A stretch of 64,000 nt of DNA from Hemiscyllium ocellatum (GCF_020745735.1 NC_083429.1:16907877-16971876), one strand, 5' to 3'; shown: positions 24,465 through 36,850, counted from the first letter of the stretch. Made by a program: numbers and translations. The notes: a model not told the origin generated them from the sequence alone.

Positions 24465-25970
24465 TACACCTGATCAGGTGTACCCGAGAACTCTGTGGGA
24501 AGCTAGAGAAGTGATTGCTGGGCCTCTTGCTGAGATATTTGTATCATCGATAGTCACATGTGAAATGCCATAAGACTGGAGGTTGGCAAACGTGGTGCCA
24601 CTGTTTAAGAAGGATGGTAAAGACAAGCCAGGGAACTATAGACTGGTGAGCCTGACCTCAGATGGTGGGCAAATTGTTGGAGGGAATCCTGAGGGACAGG
24701 ATGTACATGTGTTTGGAAAGGCAAGGACTGATTCGGGATAGTCAACATGACTTTGTGCGTGGGAAATCATGTCTCTCAAACTCGCTTGAGTTTTTTGAAG
24801 AAGTAACAAAGAAGATTGATGAGGGCAGAGCAGTAGATGTGATCTATATGGACTTCAGTAAGGCGTTTGACAAGGTTAGATCTCATGGAATACAGGGAGA
24901 ACTGGCTCAAAGGTAGAAGACAGAGGGTGGTGTGGAGGGTTGTTTTTCAGACTGGAGGCCCGTGACCAATGGAGTGCCACAAGGACTGGTGCTGGGCCCT
25001 CTACTTTTTGTCATTTACATAAATGATTTGGATGCGAGCATAAGAGGTACAGTTAGTAAGTTTGCAGATAACACCAAAATTGGAGGTGTAGTGGTCAGCG
25101 AAGAGGGTTAGCTCAGATTACAACAGAATCTGAACCAGATGGGCCAATGGGCTGGGAAGTGGCAAATGGAGTTTGATTCAGATAAATGCAAGGTGCTGCA
25201 TTTTGGGAAAGCAAATCTTAGCAGGACTTATACATTTAATGGAAAGGTCCTAGGGAGTGTTGCTGAACAAAGAGACCTTGGAGCGCAGGTTTGTAGCTTC
25301 TTGAAAGTGGAGTCGCAGGTAGATAGGATAGTGAAGAAGGCATTTGGTATGCTTTCCTTTATTGATCAGAGTATTGAGTACAGGAGTTGGGAGGTCATGT
25401 GGCTGTACAGGACATTGGTTAGGCCACTGTTGGAATATTGCGTGCAATTCTGGTCTCCTTCCTATCAGAAAGATGTTGTGAAACTTGAAAGGGTTCAGAA
25501 AAGATTTACAAGGATGTTGCCAGGGTTCGAGGATCTGAGCTACAGGGAGAGGCTGAACAGGCTGGGGCTGTTTTCCCTGGAGCGTCAGAGGCTGAGGGGT
25601 GACCTTATAGAGGTTTGTAAAATCATGAGGGGCACAGATAGGATAAATAGACAAAGTCTTTTCTCTGGGGTGGGCAAGTAATGAACTAGAGGGCATAGGT
25701 TTAGGGTGAGAGGGGAAAGATACAAAAGAGACCTAAAGGGCAACTTTTTCACGCAGAGGGTGGTAAATGTATGGAATGAGCTGCCAAAGGATGTGGTGGA
25801 GGCTGGTACAATTGCAACATTTAAGAGGCATTTGGATGGGTATATGAATAGGAAGGATTTGGAGGGATATGGGCTGAGTGCTGACAGGTGGGACTAGATT
25901 GGGTTGGGATATCTGGTCGGCATGGACGGGTTGAACCGAAGGGTCTGTTTCCATGCTGTATATCTCTACA
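24465..25970 (+). mobile_element. 5'-truncated CR1 LINE (RT and tail)
   Basis: ORFs 24662..24916, 25139..25681 and 25706..25897 encode CR1 ORF2 segments. Confidence 0.95.
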
Positions 25971-26193
25971 ACTTTACAAATGAAGACATTAGAACAGTTT
26001 GTACCAACCACAATCCCAGAACTGGCACTGGTATAATGAGCCGTTTGCTCTCATCCTGTGCTGTGAACCCGAATGAAGGTCCCACTGTACTGTAACATTT
26101 GTAAAAGGTTCAATTGTCTTTAGTGCACTATGCAGATTGTGCAAAGGGTTTTTTTTCATCTAATTAATGTCTGTCCTTCTATTTACTCTGCAG

Positions 26194-26564
26194 TGACACC
26201 AGTGGATTATTCAGCAGCGACTCCAGTGGAATCCCCTCAGGAGGCTCCTCCAGTTAGCTCTGTGCCTCTCCTTCCACCACCACCACCTCCAAAAAGCGCT
26301 GCTCGCTTGCTGGCGTTGGCTCTTGCTGAGAGTGCCCAGCAGGCCACTGCACAGTCTCAGAAAAAACCTCAGCCTGGGCGGCAAATCTCAGGGGATCACA
26401 ACCTTCACAACATCCCTGTTACAGACCCATGCTCAGTGTCAGCTTCTTCAGCACCTCCTACAACAGCTAGCTATCAGTTAACTGGGCAGCCAACTGTCGA
26501 ATCACAGCCTGCCACAGGCCAAGTCCCTCCTGGTACTACAGCAGGGCCCACAGCTTCAGGTCAG
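26194..26564 (+). CDS. ARHGAP32: ARHGAP32 coding exon (poly-Pro and LALALAESAQQA motif)
   Basis: atttactctgcAG/GTaagg; PVSSVPLLPPPPPPKSAARLLALALAESAQQA; phase 1 to 0. Confidence 0.9.
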
Positions 26565-27344
26565 GTAAGGATTAATCAGGGTTAATCTGTCAGTTGGACT
26601 CTGGAATTTGGTGCTTCATAGGAAATTTGATGGTGTTCCTTTGCTAAATTTTGACTGAAGGAAAACTGTTGTAAATATTCAGTTGGTCAAGCAGTTTTGC
26701 AGTTTGCATGTTTCTATCATTTATCAATATTTGAAATTGATTTCTTTGTGAGGTAGAACCAGTTGTTAGTTCGTAGGGATGTGTTCAGAGAGAAAACCTG
26801 AACAGTAAAGCTCAATATCATGAGGATTTCTCGACCGTCAACACAAGTCACCCACCCCCCAAAATGGGCATTTATTGTTCAACTAGTTAAGGTCTCCCCT
26901 CCACTTGCATCCCAGGTAATTCAGCTCAGACATTGGTTACTTTAATGCTCCAAAAATACATTCTGTGCCAAGGGCCCCCAACAAAAATGTTCCTTAGCAG
27001 AGTCTATAAGACAAAGGCAAACGAAGACGAGCCCTTGAACCTGCTCGGACATTCAGTAGGATCATGTTTGATCTGATGTCCTTCACATCAACTTTCCTGC
27101 CTTTTCTCCAGAATCTTTGATTCCCTGATTATCTCAGTTTTAAATATGCGCCAGTTCTGTGTTGCAAGGAGTTTGAAAAACTCAACTCTCTGAGAGAGGA
27201 AATTTTTCTCCATCTTAGATTGGCAGCCCTTTATTCTGGGACTATGCCTGCTCGTCCCATGAGGAGAAGCATCCTCTGCATTTACCCTGTTATCCCGTTA
27301 CATGCAGGCAACATGTACTAAACATAACATGTTGGTGGAGGTAC

Positions 27345-27590
27345 AGAAACAAAATACTATGGATTTCCAACTCTAAAATATAAACAGAAAAAGCTGGAAA
27401 TACTCAGCAAGTCATACTCTGAGAGACAGAGTTAACATTTCATATTGGCAACCTTCCGTCAGACTCTTTATCATTTTCGGTGAAAGGTTATCCAATCTAG
27501 ACATTTTACATGCTTTCTTTCCACAGATGCTGCCTGACTTGGTGACTATTTCCAGCATTAAATGTTTTATTTCAAATTTCCAGCATTGTG
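27345..27590. mobile_element. Degenerate inverted Penelope-type ends (F3-like)
   Basis: aaagctggaaatactcagc...cagagttaacatttc opposite cacagatgctgcctgac...ttccagca; similar units at about 2690-2780, 34330-34700, 55420-55625 and 57028-57125. Confidence 0.55.
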
Positions 27591-27979
27591 TTACTTTTGT
27601 GACCAATTCCAAATCGTTCCACTTGTTAAGTGAGTAGATAAGTAAACTGTACCATCCTAGACAACTTAATCTGAAAAATCTAAATCAATGTTATGGTTTA
27701 AATGTGTTCAGTATTATGGAATCGGAAAAGTAAATCCTGAACACGTACTTTCAATCTAGTCTTAAACAGTTTGCCCGGTCAATGAGGTCACATTCTGTTC
27801 GGGGGAATGAGTAAACGGCAAATCTTACTTTAAGTTTAAATTCCATGACTGCAGATAGTAAATAAGTTGTATTAAGTTTTTACAAGAATTTGAATTAATT
27901 TGAGTTTGTGCATTAGCCAGTAAGAAGTAGGCCTGCAAAGTGGAACTGCACAGAAGCTGAAATAACAGAAATTTGATTA

Positions 27980-28550
27980 CCCTTTATTGGTCAGAGTGTT
28001 GAGTACAGGAGTTGGGAGGTCATTTTGCAGCTGTACAGGACATTGGTTAGGCCACTGTTGGATCATTGCATTCAATTCTGGACTCCTTCCTATCGGAATG
28101 ATGGTATGGGTGGAGGATTTGAGCTATAGGGAGAGGTTGAATAGGCTGAGGCTGGTTTTCCCTGGAGCGTCGGAGACTGAAGGGTGACCTTATGGAGGTT
28201 TGTAAAATCATGAGAGGCATGGATAGGATAAATAGACAAACTCTTTTCTCTGGGGTGGGCAAGTAATGAACTAGAGGGTATAGGTTTAGGGTGAGGGGGA
28301 AAGATATAAAAGAAATCTAAGGGGCAATGTTTTCACGCAGAGGGTAGTATGTGTATGGAATGAGCTGCCAAAGGAAGTGGTGGAGGCTAGTACAATTGCA
28401 GCATTTAAAAGGCATCTGCATAGGTATATGAATAGGAAGGGTTTGGAAGGGTATGGACCAGGTGTTGGCAGGTAGGACTAGATTGGGTTGGACATGGATG
28501 AGTTGGACCGATTGGTTTGCTTCTGTCCTTACATCTGGATGAGTATGACA
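27980..28550 (+). mobile_element. CR1 3' fragment
   Basis: Closely similar to 25360-25960. Confidence 0.9.
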
Positions 28551-28559
28551 CTATCTGGA

Positions 28560-29380
28560 AAAGAGAAAGTGGTGGTGAGGCACCACTATGAATGCCTATA
28601 GTCTTTGTGGTGTAGGGACACCACAGTGGTGTTAGGAAGAGAATTCCAGGATTTTAACTCCACAACATTGAAGAAGCAACAATATAATTCCAAATCGTGA
28701 TGACACATGGCTTGGGGGGGGGGGCTTGCATGTTTGGGGTTTGTGTGCATCTCCTGCCTATCTCCTTCTCGGTAGTTGAGACTTAGTTTGAAAGGTGCTG
28801 TTGAAGGAGCCTTGCTGATTTACTGCAGTACATCTTGTTGTTGAAACATAGTGCTCCCACTGTGCATCAATGGTGGATGTGATGCCACTCAGGCAGGCTG
28901 CTTTGTCCTAGATCGGGTTGAGCTTCTTGATTTTTGTTGAAACTGTGCCCATCCAGGACAGGGGACAGCATTCCGTCAACTCCTGACCTCTGTGTTATAG
29001 ATGGTGGAGACAAGAGACTAAGTTACTTCTCCCAGAATTTCAAGTGCCTAATTCATTCTTGTAACCACGGTATTTATATGACGTATCCAGTAGGTTTCTG
29101 GACAATGGTAACTCCCAGAGTGTTGATCGTGGGGGATTCAGAGGTGAGAATTAATTTGAATGTTATGGAAACTTTCAAACTGCATAGTGTTTTGCCACTG
29201 CTCATGTTGACTGAGCCCACTGTCTGAGGGCTTATCCAGGGATGGTGGTGACAGTCGCTAGAAAATTGAAATAGAATTCTCTAAACTTGCCATCAGGTTG
29301 TTCCTTGACTCGTCTGTGGAGCAGCTCTTACAAGTTTGGCACAAGCTAATAGTTGTTAGTAAGTAGGGGTCTGCAGAATT
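28560..29380 (-). mobile_element. Second-family LINE 3' fragment
   Basis: Reverse-complement similarity to 8100-8570 and 10700-10985. Confidence 0.65.
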
Positions 29381-30017
29381 GGCAGCTCATTGCTGCATGC
29401 TTACTTACAAATTGAAGCAATAGGTACCTCACTTTAAATCTTCTCGTTTGCATTTATTGTCACTGTATCTCAGTCCTTTTCTGAGCCAATCATTCCTATT
29501 TCTTAAAGTTGAAAATTACTTTTAAATGTAAATATTGTTTTCACTTTTCATTGACACAACCATCCTCTTGAAGGTTTTATTGTTGCAAAGTTTAATTTAC
29601 TTCTTTCAAATGTTACAGCATTTATATTAGTTTGACTGCAAAACCACAGGCAAATTTAGCTTTTTTAATAGAGAAGCACCAGAACTATGACCTTGGGATT
29701 ACAGTTTTACGGGGATCAGAGGCGTTGAGCACTTATGCATTTCATGGTCTTGGAGAGGTCATGGCAGAAAGGCTGAAGGCAACAGAGCAAGATTCAGCTG
29801 TTGCAGGCAGGGAAACAGAGGAGGTTGGAATGCAGCTGTTTTCAAAATATTGGTCCACAGCTTCAAGCATCAAAAGGACAACTAATCTGGCTCAAGAATT
29901 GTTCATGGTATGGGGTAGCGAAGAGGAAATACTAATATTTGAAATAACATTGGAACAAAATGTTTCTTAAATCCTGGTAATCGGTTGGTTATTGCTATAT
30001 TTATTTTTCTTTTCCAG

Positions 30018-32321
30018 GTTCGGACAGCAGTTTCTGCAGGGCCTTCCTTGAAGACATCAGAGTCACGTGCTCCAGAGCAGTCGGGATCAACTTTCATCTC
30101 CGATAACAGCTATGTTACCCGCCCAACCGCAGTTATGGCCATTCACAGTGGACATCATGAGAAAACAAGAGACAACGTCCAAGCACCAGCTGTAAAACCA
30201 AGAGCTGACTCTGTGCCAGTGGATCGTAGTGCTTACAGTAACACTCCACAAGTGCCGCACCTCCGATCAGTAGAAAATCGGGTGCCTCCTAGTCATTCCA
30301 TGTCTGATACCATTAATGCCTCCAACTTCCATTCATTCCTAGCTTCAACAACCATACCATCATCTATTGAGGATGCTTTACCCCCACCTCCTCCTCCTAA
30401 ACCACCTTTTCTTTGCCAGTCACATCCCTATCATTCCAAGTTGGAAAACTTGCCAGATTTAGACAAACACTTCCAACAGAAGAATGCTCATTCAGCGCAG
30501 TCACTAGTCTACCAGTGTCGGGCTGAGAGTGTCCCCCAGCACTTGTCCTGCCAGTCTAAATCTGAGAGCACATCCCAGCATCTTTTGTATGGTACGCGTC
30601 CTGACAATATTCCCTCAGCCACATCGCGATTCAACAGTTTTTCAAGCCAGCCAAAAGCAGTGTCCGTTCACCTTTCCAAGTCTCGACTTTCAAGGTCAGA
30701 CTATGTTCCTGCCATGAGGGCATTTGTGTGCCCACATTCCCAGTTTGAGGAACCAGTGTATCCCACAATAAGACGGGTTCACTCTCTGCATGTACCTCCA
30801 TCTTCCGTAAGATCAGTTCCCATTTCAAGAACTGAGGTGCCTCCAGCTGATGAACTCTTCTATTATCAGAGACCCATCTATCAGTATAAGCCATGCCACC
30901 CACCACCACTTCAATCAGATTATCATGTTACTCAGCTGCAACCATACTTTGAAAATGGCCGAGTTCAGTACAGGTACAGCCCTTACTCCACTTCTGGGCA
31001 TAACCTACACGGAACTGATGGTGTGATTTATGATTTTGCAGATCCCTATGGTTCGATAAGACTGAGACAATTCCATTCTTTTACCAGTCGAGACATCCCA
31101 CCTTATACTGGCAGATTCCAGGGTAAAGTTTTTCCATATCCCAATGCACCTCCTTACCCACGCAGTGGTGCCCATGCCAATGCAATGAGTAGAGAGCACA
31201 GTTTTGTAAGTCGGGATGTGCCTCCATCTCCAGATGTGAAAATGACCCATATGATGTGGGATCCAGAGGAGTTGGAGAAATCCCGCTTCCAGTCCATTCG
31301 GCGTGAAATCCGCAGCCGGCAAAAGAACAAAGGCTTAGTGATGTCACAGTATGACAACGTGACCCCTGTCTTACAGGAAGAATTTGGTGGGCTAGAGATC
31401 CTGCATTCAAGAAGTAAGTCTGATCCTGGGAAAACTGGTGCCCTGGCGAGTGAGGGAAAGGAAAGGTGGTATCCTGCCACCTCAAAGACTCCTGATCCTG
31501 ATCCACCATACAGCTATCAGCAGTCAGACTGTGAACTCGATAGTGGGGCACATATCGAACCATTGGCTCTCCATCATGGATCTTTTGGAAATGGACAGCT
31601 TGAGAAACCAGCACCACCTCCGATACAAAGCACCAGCAGGACCAGGAGGCTACATGAATCTCCCTGTGATCTGTCACGGTACGATTCCTCTCAGAGGCCC
31701 TCTGCAGATTTGAAAGGGGGACAAATATACAGTGCACACACTGCAATTCCAGCAGGATATGGGTTGAAGCATCGGCCTGACCACACGGAATCACGAACAT
31801 ATCCATCTGCAACCGGTAAATATGTGCTTTCTTCTCATGAGCCTTTACGGAGTTATGAAGATTCCTTCCGGGCAGTAAGTGAAAGGCCAGAACTGGAAAG
31901 ACCCAAAGTGAGGGGGACTGGTGGGGACCATTCTTCACGAGACTACTACAGCGAGGAGGAGGAGGATCCTGCCAGGCCATTGGTATCCAACCAACCTGAG
32001 AGAAGTTACAGCACCAGATTCCAGCAGCAGCTAGAGCCTTTGGTTAGGGAACAATCTCTCTCATACCCATACCCTTGCTTAGGCCACTCGGGCAGTAAGC
32101 GGCACAGTACATTGACAGTGATGTCTCAGTATGATAACTTGGATGACTATCACACACTGTCACAGCAGCAGAGGGGAGGCCTAGGAGGAAGTGCACCATT
32201 TGTACCCCTGGGCTTCAGTCATCCTCAAGGGAGGACATTCAGCACTGCTTTAGGCCAGGGAAGCTTTGTAACAGCAGAGTTGGCATTGCAGAGGTCTGAA
32301 GCAGAGGTACATGTGGAATGA
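30018..32321 (+). CDS. ARHGAP32: ARHGAP32 terminal coding exon (to TGA)
   Basis: tttttcttttccAG acceptor; 767 codons plus TGA; conserved blocks YPTIRRVHSLH, RSVPISRTEVPP, SDYHVTQLQPYFENGRV.YRYSPY, RSKSDPGKTG, SQYDNLDDYH; C-terminus TALGQGSFVTAELALQRSEAEVHVE is ARHGAP32-type. Confidence 0.95.
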   Translation, partial: VRTAVSAGPSLKTSESRAPEQSGSTFISDNSYVTRPTAVMAIHSGHHEKTRDNVQAPAVKPRADSVPVDRSAYSNTPQVPHLRSVENRVPPSHSMSDTINASNFHSFLASTTIPSSIEDALPPPPPPKPPFLCQSHPYHSKLENLPDLDKHFQQKNAHSAQSLVYQCRAESVPQHLSCQSKSESTSQHLLYGTRPDNIPSATSRFNSFSSQPKAVSVHLSKSRLSRSDYVPAMRAFVCPHSQFEEPVYPTIRRVHSLHVPPSSVRSVPISRTEVPPADELFYYQRPIYQYKPCHPPPLQSDYHVTQLQPYFENGRVQYRYSPYSTSGHNLHGTDGVIYDFADPYGSIRLRQFHSFTSRDIPPYTGRFQGKVFPYPNAPPYPRSGAHANAMSREHSFVSRDVPPSPDVKMTHMMWDPEELEKSRFQSIRREIRSRQKNKGLVMSQYDNVTPVLQEEFGGLEILHSRSKSDPGKTGALASEGKERWYPATSKTPDPDPPYSYQQSDCELDSGAHIEPLALHHGSFGNGQLEKPAPPPIQSTSRTRRLHESPCDLSRYDSSQRPSADLKGGQIYSAHTAIPAGYGLKHRPDHTESRTYPSATGKYVLSSHEPLRSYEDSFRAVSERPELERPKVRGTGGDHSSRDYYSEEEEDPARPLVSNQPERSYSTRFQQQLEPLVREQSLSYPYPCLGHSGSKRHSTLTVMSQYDNLDDYHTLSQQQRGGLGGSAPFVPLGFSHPQGRTFSTALGQGSFVTAELALQRSEAEVHVE

Positions 32322-35300
32322 AGAGAAATTTTACCCTGTGCAGTCTCTGCTGGGCAGTAGACTGTTTTATTTTTGAAAAAAAGATAACCAGAGTACTGTT
32401 TTTAAACACAAAATATGATGAATATTGGATCTTTTGTGTTGTGTATTTAGAGTACGCGTATGAAACGTGAGACTGCGTTTGTGCCCTTGGTGAATGACTC
32501 TCGCTCAGTGTTAATAATCGTCAGAATACAGCCTAGTGGCTCAATAGTTAAGGGAATGATCTTCCTTGTATGTTTTTAGTGAGAAAAATGATTTGGGTCA
32601 GTGAAGCTGCTGAGGAGAGTTTGTTACCTCTCTGCCTCTATCAGTAACCCCTTACTCCTTGTCCCCTCCTCCTGTTTGTTTTTTCTCTTCTCTTCTGGCA
32701 CCACCACTACCAGCACCACCCCCACGACCACAACAACTGCAGGGCTGGCTCTGCATTTATCAACTTTGTGCCTCCTCATTTCTTCCCCAGCTTCCTGCAC
32801 AAAATACACCCCCATAAACCCCAACCCCAGTTGCCCAGTTACAGGTCTGGCTGTGCCTCTGTAAAGACATCCCATCCCCAGCCAGAGTTAACAGTGGAAT
32901 GCTTATTCTTCCAATCAATTCTTCTTCATATTTATCTTAGTAACACAGTGTTTGACAGAGTTATTGCTCCACTATTTTTGAAACTCTGTTCATTAGAAGC
33001 ACAGAGCTAGCCCTGCACTTGAGTCTTGTAACTTCAGGTGTAGTGGGAAACATGATTAGGTGAGAAGAGCAGCAAAGAAATGGCAATAGATATTGCAGAA
33101 TGGCAACATCCACGTGCCAACGGGTAAGCTTAGTGCCAGCCATATCTAACAGCGACTGGGGCTTGACAGGCTGTGAATTCAGCTGATAATAAATATATCT
33201 ACTTTATCTTAACTATGCTTGTATGTAGATACTAACTAACTGTTCCAGGGTTGAAACTAAATAAGACTTCCGTATCAGACTACACCATCTAATTGAATAC
33301 ATCAAAGCTTTATCATTTTCATGACTAGTTTGAATCCAGTATATAAATTGCACGTAACTACACAATTCCCTTGTGAAGGAATCCTTTCCATGTCGCTGTG
33401 CTCTGGCTGGGTTTGTGCTATCGTTATGGTATAAACAGAAGCAACAAAGCCTTTGCCCTGCTACCAGGTGAGCAATGCTGTACTATGCACTTGGCCCATG
33501 TGTCAGAGGAGCTCCTGAGCACGAGGAGGCTGGAACTTCATGTAAGCTGATAATGTAGGCCTGAAATATGTTTGTTTTGAATTTGAGCCATTGTCACCTC
33601 CCTTGCCCTGTTTGGACTGCCCTTTCTTGCAGACATTTAAAGGTGTTTCAGACTAATATTAATGTTTGTGCACTGTCTGCAGGGAAAGCAGTAACACTGT
33701 GAAATACTCAAACAGACCTCGTGTTTCCGAGTCAATTGTGTAGATTTGTTAATATTGTTCCTATAATTTACAGAGTGACATTCAGTAAACTATTTAACTT
33801 GGGAAAGGATATTAAAACTGTGATTATTTTTGTAGCGATGCTCATCCTGTGCACAAATGTTATGGGACAAATATTATTGAATTATTGTACGAGTCAGTAA
33901 TGACCACTGGGACCCGCTAACCTTAACTCTGCCCTGCAGTGGCATTGTTCATGTTGGTTTATCCCACCGTTCGCTCTCAGAATTTAAAGCAGGTCAATTT
34001 CGGACACAATCTTCCACAATGAAAACTGAACCAAATAATTGGATATCTCTTTGTTAATGATCCCAGCACCTGAAATGATTTCCCTGTATTTCCACTTATA
34101 ATACACAGATTACAGGCAGTACTTGGCAGAGATATAATCTGCTTTGGCTCAGGGCTATTGAAGAGCCCTTGATCCCTTGATCTGTAGATCTTCAAGTAGT
34201 GTTCAGATATTGAGATTGAACTTCACAACATTTTCCTCAGTCATTTAAATGGTGAGTCCAGATATTTTAAGAAATTGTGCAAAATAGTGTGGGGGAGGTG
34301 AGTTTACAGGCTGGTTGTTACATCTTTATAAATAAGAACAGAAAATGCAGGAAATATTCCGGTGGGTCAGCTGACATCTGTAGATAGAGAAAGATGAGCA
34401 TTAATGGCTTAGGTGAAAGATCCTTTTTCAGAGCTGAAAGATGCTTGAAGTTGATAGTTTTTAAGAAAGTACAGAAGCAAGGAAAGAGATCAGGAAAGAA
34501 AAAAGGGAAGTTTGATAGTGTGGAGGACAGGAGTGAATAAATGACGAGAAGATACTGTAAGGCAAAAGGAATTGACAGTGAGTCAAGTGTAGAAACATTG
34601 ATCCAGAAAGAAGAATAACAAAACATTGGAAATATTCAGTTGACCAGGCAGCATTTGTTGCGTGAGCAGCAAATGTTAATATTTTAGCTAATGATCTTCC
34701 TGATTGGGCCATAGGATTTCACTGTCTGCTGGGACTGATTCTCCATTACCAGTCTATGGTGTTGATGTTGACTTTTCTGGTAAATCCATAAAAACAAATC
34801 ATAAATAGTGAAAAAGTGAAGAAATAGTGATTTGACTGAACATTTTACTGTTGGAATGACAATTGGAATTTTGTGTTTTTAAAAAAAGAGCAAATTACAG
34901 GGAACAAATGCAGCCTTGCATACTGTGTGTAGGATATATATGTAGGACGCATTATGCGTTTTGGAGACGTGGAGCAGGGGCAGTGAAGAATCCATTTTAT
35001 CCACTATTCTGTCAAATGTCATTTAGCACAAGCCAATGACCATCCAGCAGCATTCCAGTTGTGTATATTGAAACCTTGTTAGACCTACTAAAGTATTTAC
35101 TATTGGCTTGAAATTTGTAGGAATAACAATAAAACAGGTCAAAATGCAAACAAGCCTCAACAGTTAGAAATCGTAGTTCTACTGGTCTCTGAAAGAGAGG
35201 CTAATTTCAGGTGGTGCAACTGATGTGAGAAATTAGATTTGATGAGATTCCACTATTGCTTATTGAATGGTGGAACACATTCCAGTGAGAGGGCTTTCTC

Positions 35301-36320
35301 TTATTCAGTTTCTTATGAAACCATTATACGAGACCTGATGGATATTTCTGGCATTTTCTGTTTCGTCTCAGTTTAGCAGCATTTCCAGTGTCTTTTTGCT
35401 GGGAATGAAACCTCTGGGGGCAAAAGCAGATTTCTTGTAAGAGGTGGGATAACAAACAAGAACAATGATTTCTGCTCAGTAACATATCTATGCTGTAATG
35501 TCCATAGTTCCCAAAGCAACAAGCCCATTTCAATCCCTGCAAAATACTCCATCTAAACATTGTAAAATGGGATCTGAATTGTTTCTGATTATCGAACAAT
35601 GCATCATCTGTCTTGATATATGAAGGGATCAGTGTTGCAACAGCTCCAGTTAGAGCTAGCTAGTTTTTACAAACTGTGGGAACAGTGTGAAGTATATATT
35701 TCACCCAGTGCCTGAAGAAACGGGTCAAGATGTTAGTGCTTAACTCATGCTGATAAGACATACAACATTCGAGAAGTAAATCAGTGGTATTCTTTAGGAC
35801 AAATTTAACAGCCCAACTTTGCGACACTTCTGAATTCCTGATGGATGTCAGACTGAGTCATCTAATTGTGTCAATTGCTACATGTAATTGATCTTTTTTC
35901 TGTGTCTTTTTGGGTTTTATTTTGTGTCTTGGTGTAAAATGTGGAAAGCAAAGCTGATGTAACTATGTGTAAATACTGGATTCTGTTTGTGATTCCTGTA
36001 CATATTGGACACTTCCTGCTGCTGCCAACCTTGTATTGAAACTGGAGTTGATTTTTCTGTTTTTTTTGTACTGTACAGTGATGAGCTGGACTTGCACAAT
36101 TCAGCAGTGTCGCATTGTTCCATTATAAGGATCTCAGCTGCATTACATAAAAAAGACAACATCAACCCAAACCATCTCAATTCTGGTTCTCTCGTTGATT
36201 GACTACATCAGGTATAATGAATGTCATGATGCACTATGCATTAATCTGGTACACATGATTTCAGAACATTTCTGGTCTCGATTCATACATTCAATATCCA
36301 CAGCCACCAAAAAAATTGTA
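32322..36320 (+). other. ARHGAP32: Putative ARHGAP32 3' UTR (3' end not determined)
   Basis: Follows the stop codon; repeat-poor relative to flanks; candidate polyA signals AATAAA 33188-33193, ATTAAA 33811-33816, AATAAA 35128-35133. Confidence 0.55.
32357..32366 (+). promoter_or_regulatory. miR-132/miR-212 target site (GTAGACTGTT)
   Basis: Complementary to miR-132-3p (UAACAGUCUAC...) nt 2-11, starting 36 nt after the stop; second 6mer ACTGTT at 32395-32400. Confidence 0.7.
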
Positions 36321-36329
36321 TTATATTTC

Positions 36330-36850
36330 ATAGAGTAGCATGGAAACAGACCCTTCGGTCCAACTCGTTCATGCCAACCAGCTATCCCAACCTAATCTAG
36401 TCGCCCTTGCCAGCACCCGGTCCATATCTCTCTAAACCCTTCCTATTCATATACTCATCCAGATGCCTTTTTAAATGTTGCAATTGTACTAGCCTCCACC
36501 ACTTCATCTGGCAGCTCATTCCATACATGCACCACCCTCTGTGTGAAAAAGTTGCCCCTTAGATCCCTTCAAAATGTTTCCCCTCTCACCTGAAATCTAT
36601 GCCCTCTAGTTCTGGCCACACCCACTCCAGGGAAACGACTTTATCTATTTACCCTGTCCATGCCACTTATGATTTTATGAACTTCTATAAGTACCCCTCA
36701 GCCACTGTACCAGGGAAAACAGCCCCAGCCTATTCAACTTCTCCCTAAAGCTCAAATCCTCCAACCCTGGCAACATCTCTAAATCTTTTCTGAACCGTTT
36801 CAAGTTTCACAACATCCTCCCGGTAGAAGGGAGACTAGAACTACACACTA
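36330..36850 (-). mobile_element. CR1 3' fragment
   Basis: catggaaacagacccttcggtccaac tail and ORF2 C-terminal remnant. Confidence 0.9.

Noticed and set aside
31081-31980. 299-aa antisense ORF and other overlapping ORFs in the terminal exon
   Set aside because: Shadow frames of a long coding exon; no recognisable domain or independent gene structure
7188-32321. Assignment as ARHGAP33 (TCGAP) or ARHGAP31/30
   Set aside because: ESACFSGTAAFMEVRIQ, KYIEVG.GPAALQG.FHT, the C-terminal TALGQG...AEL.LQ..E..H.E and the miR-132 site are ARHGAP32-type. A slowly evolving paralog cannot be fully excluded without synteny or phylogeny.
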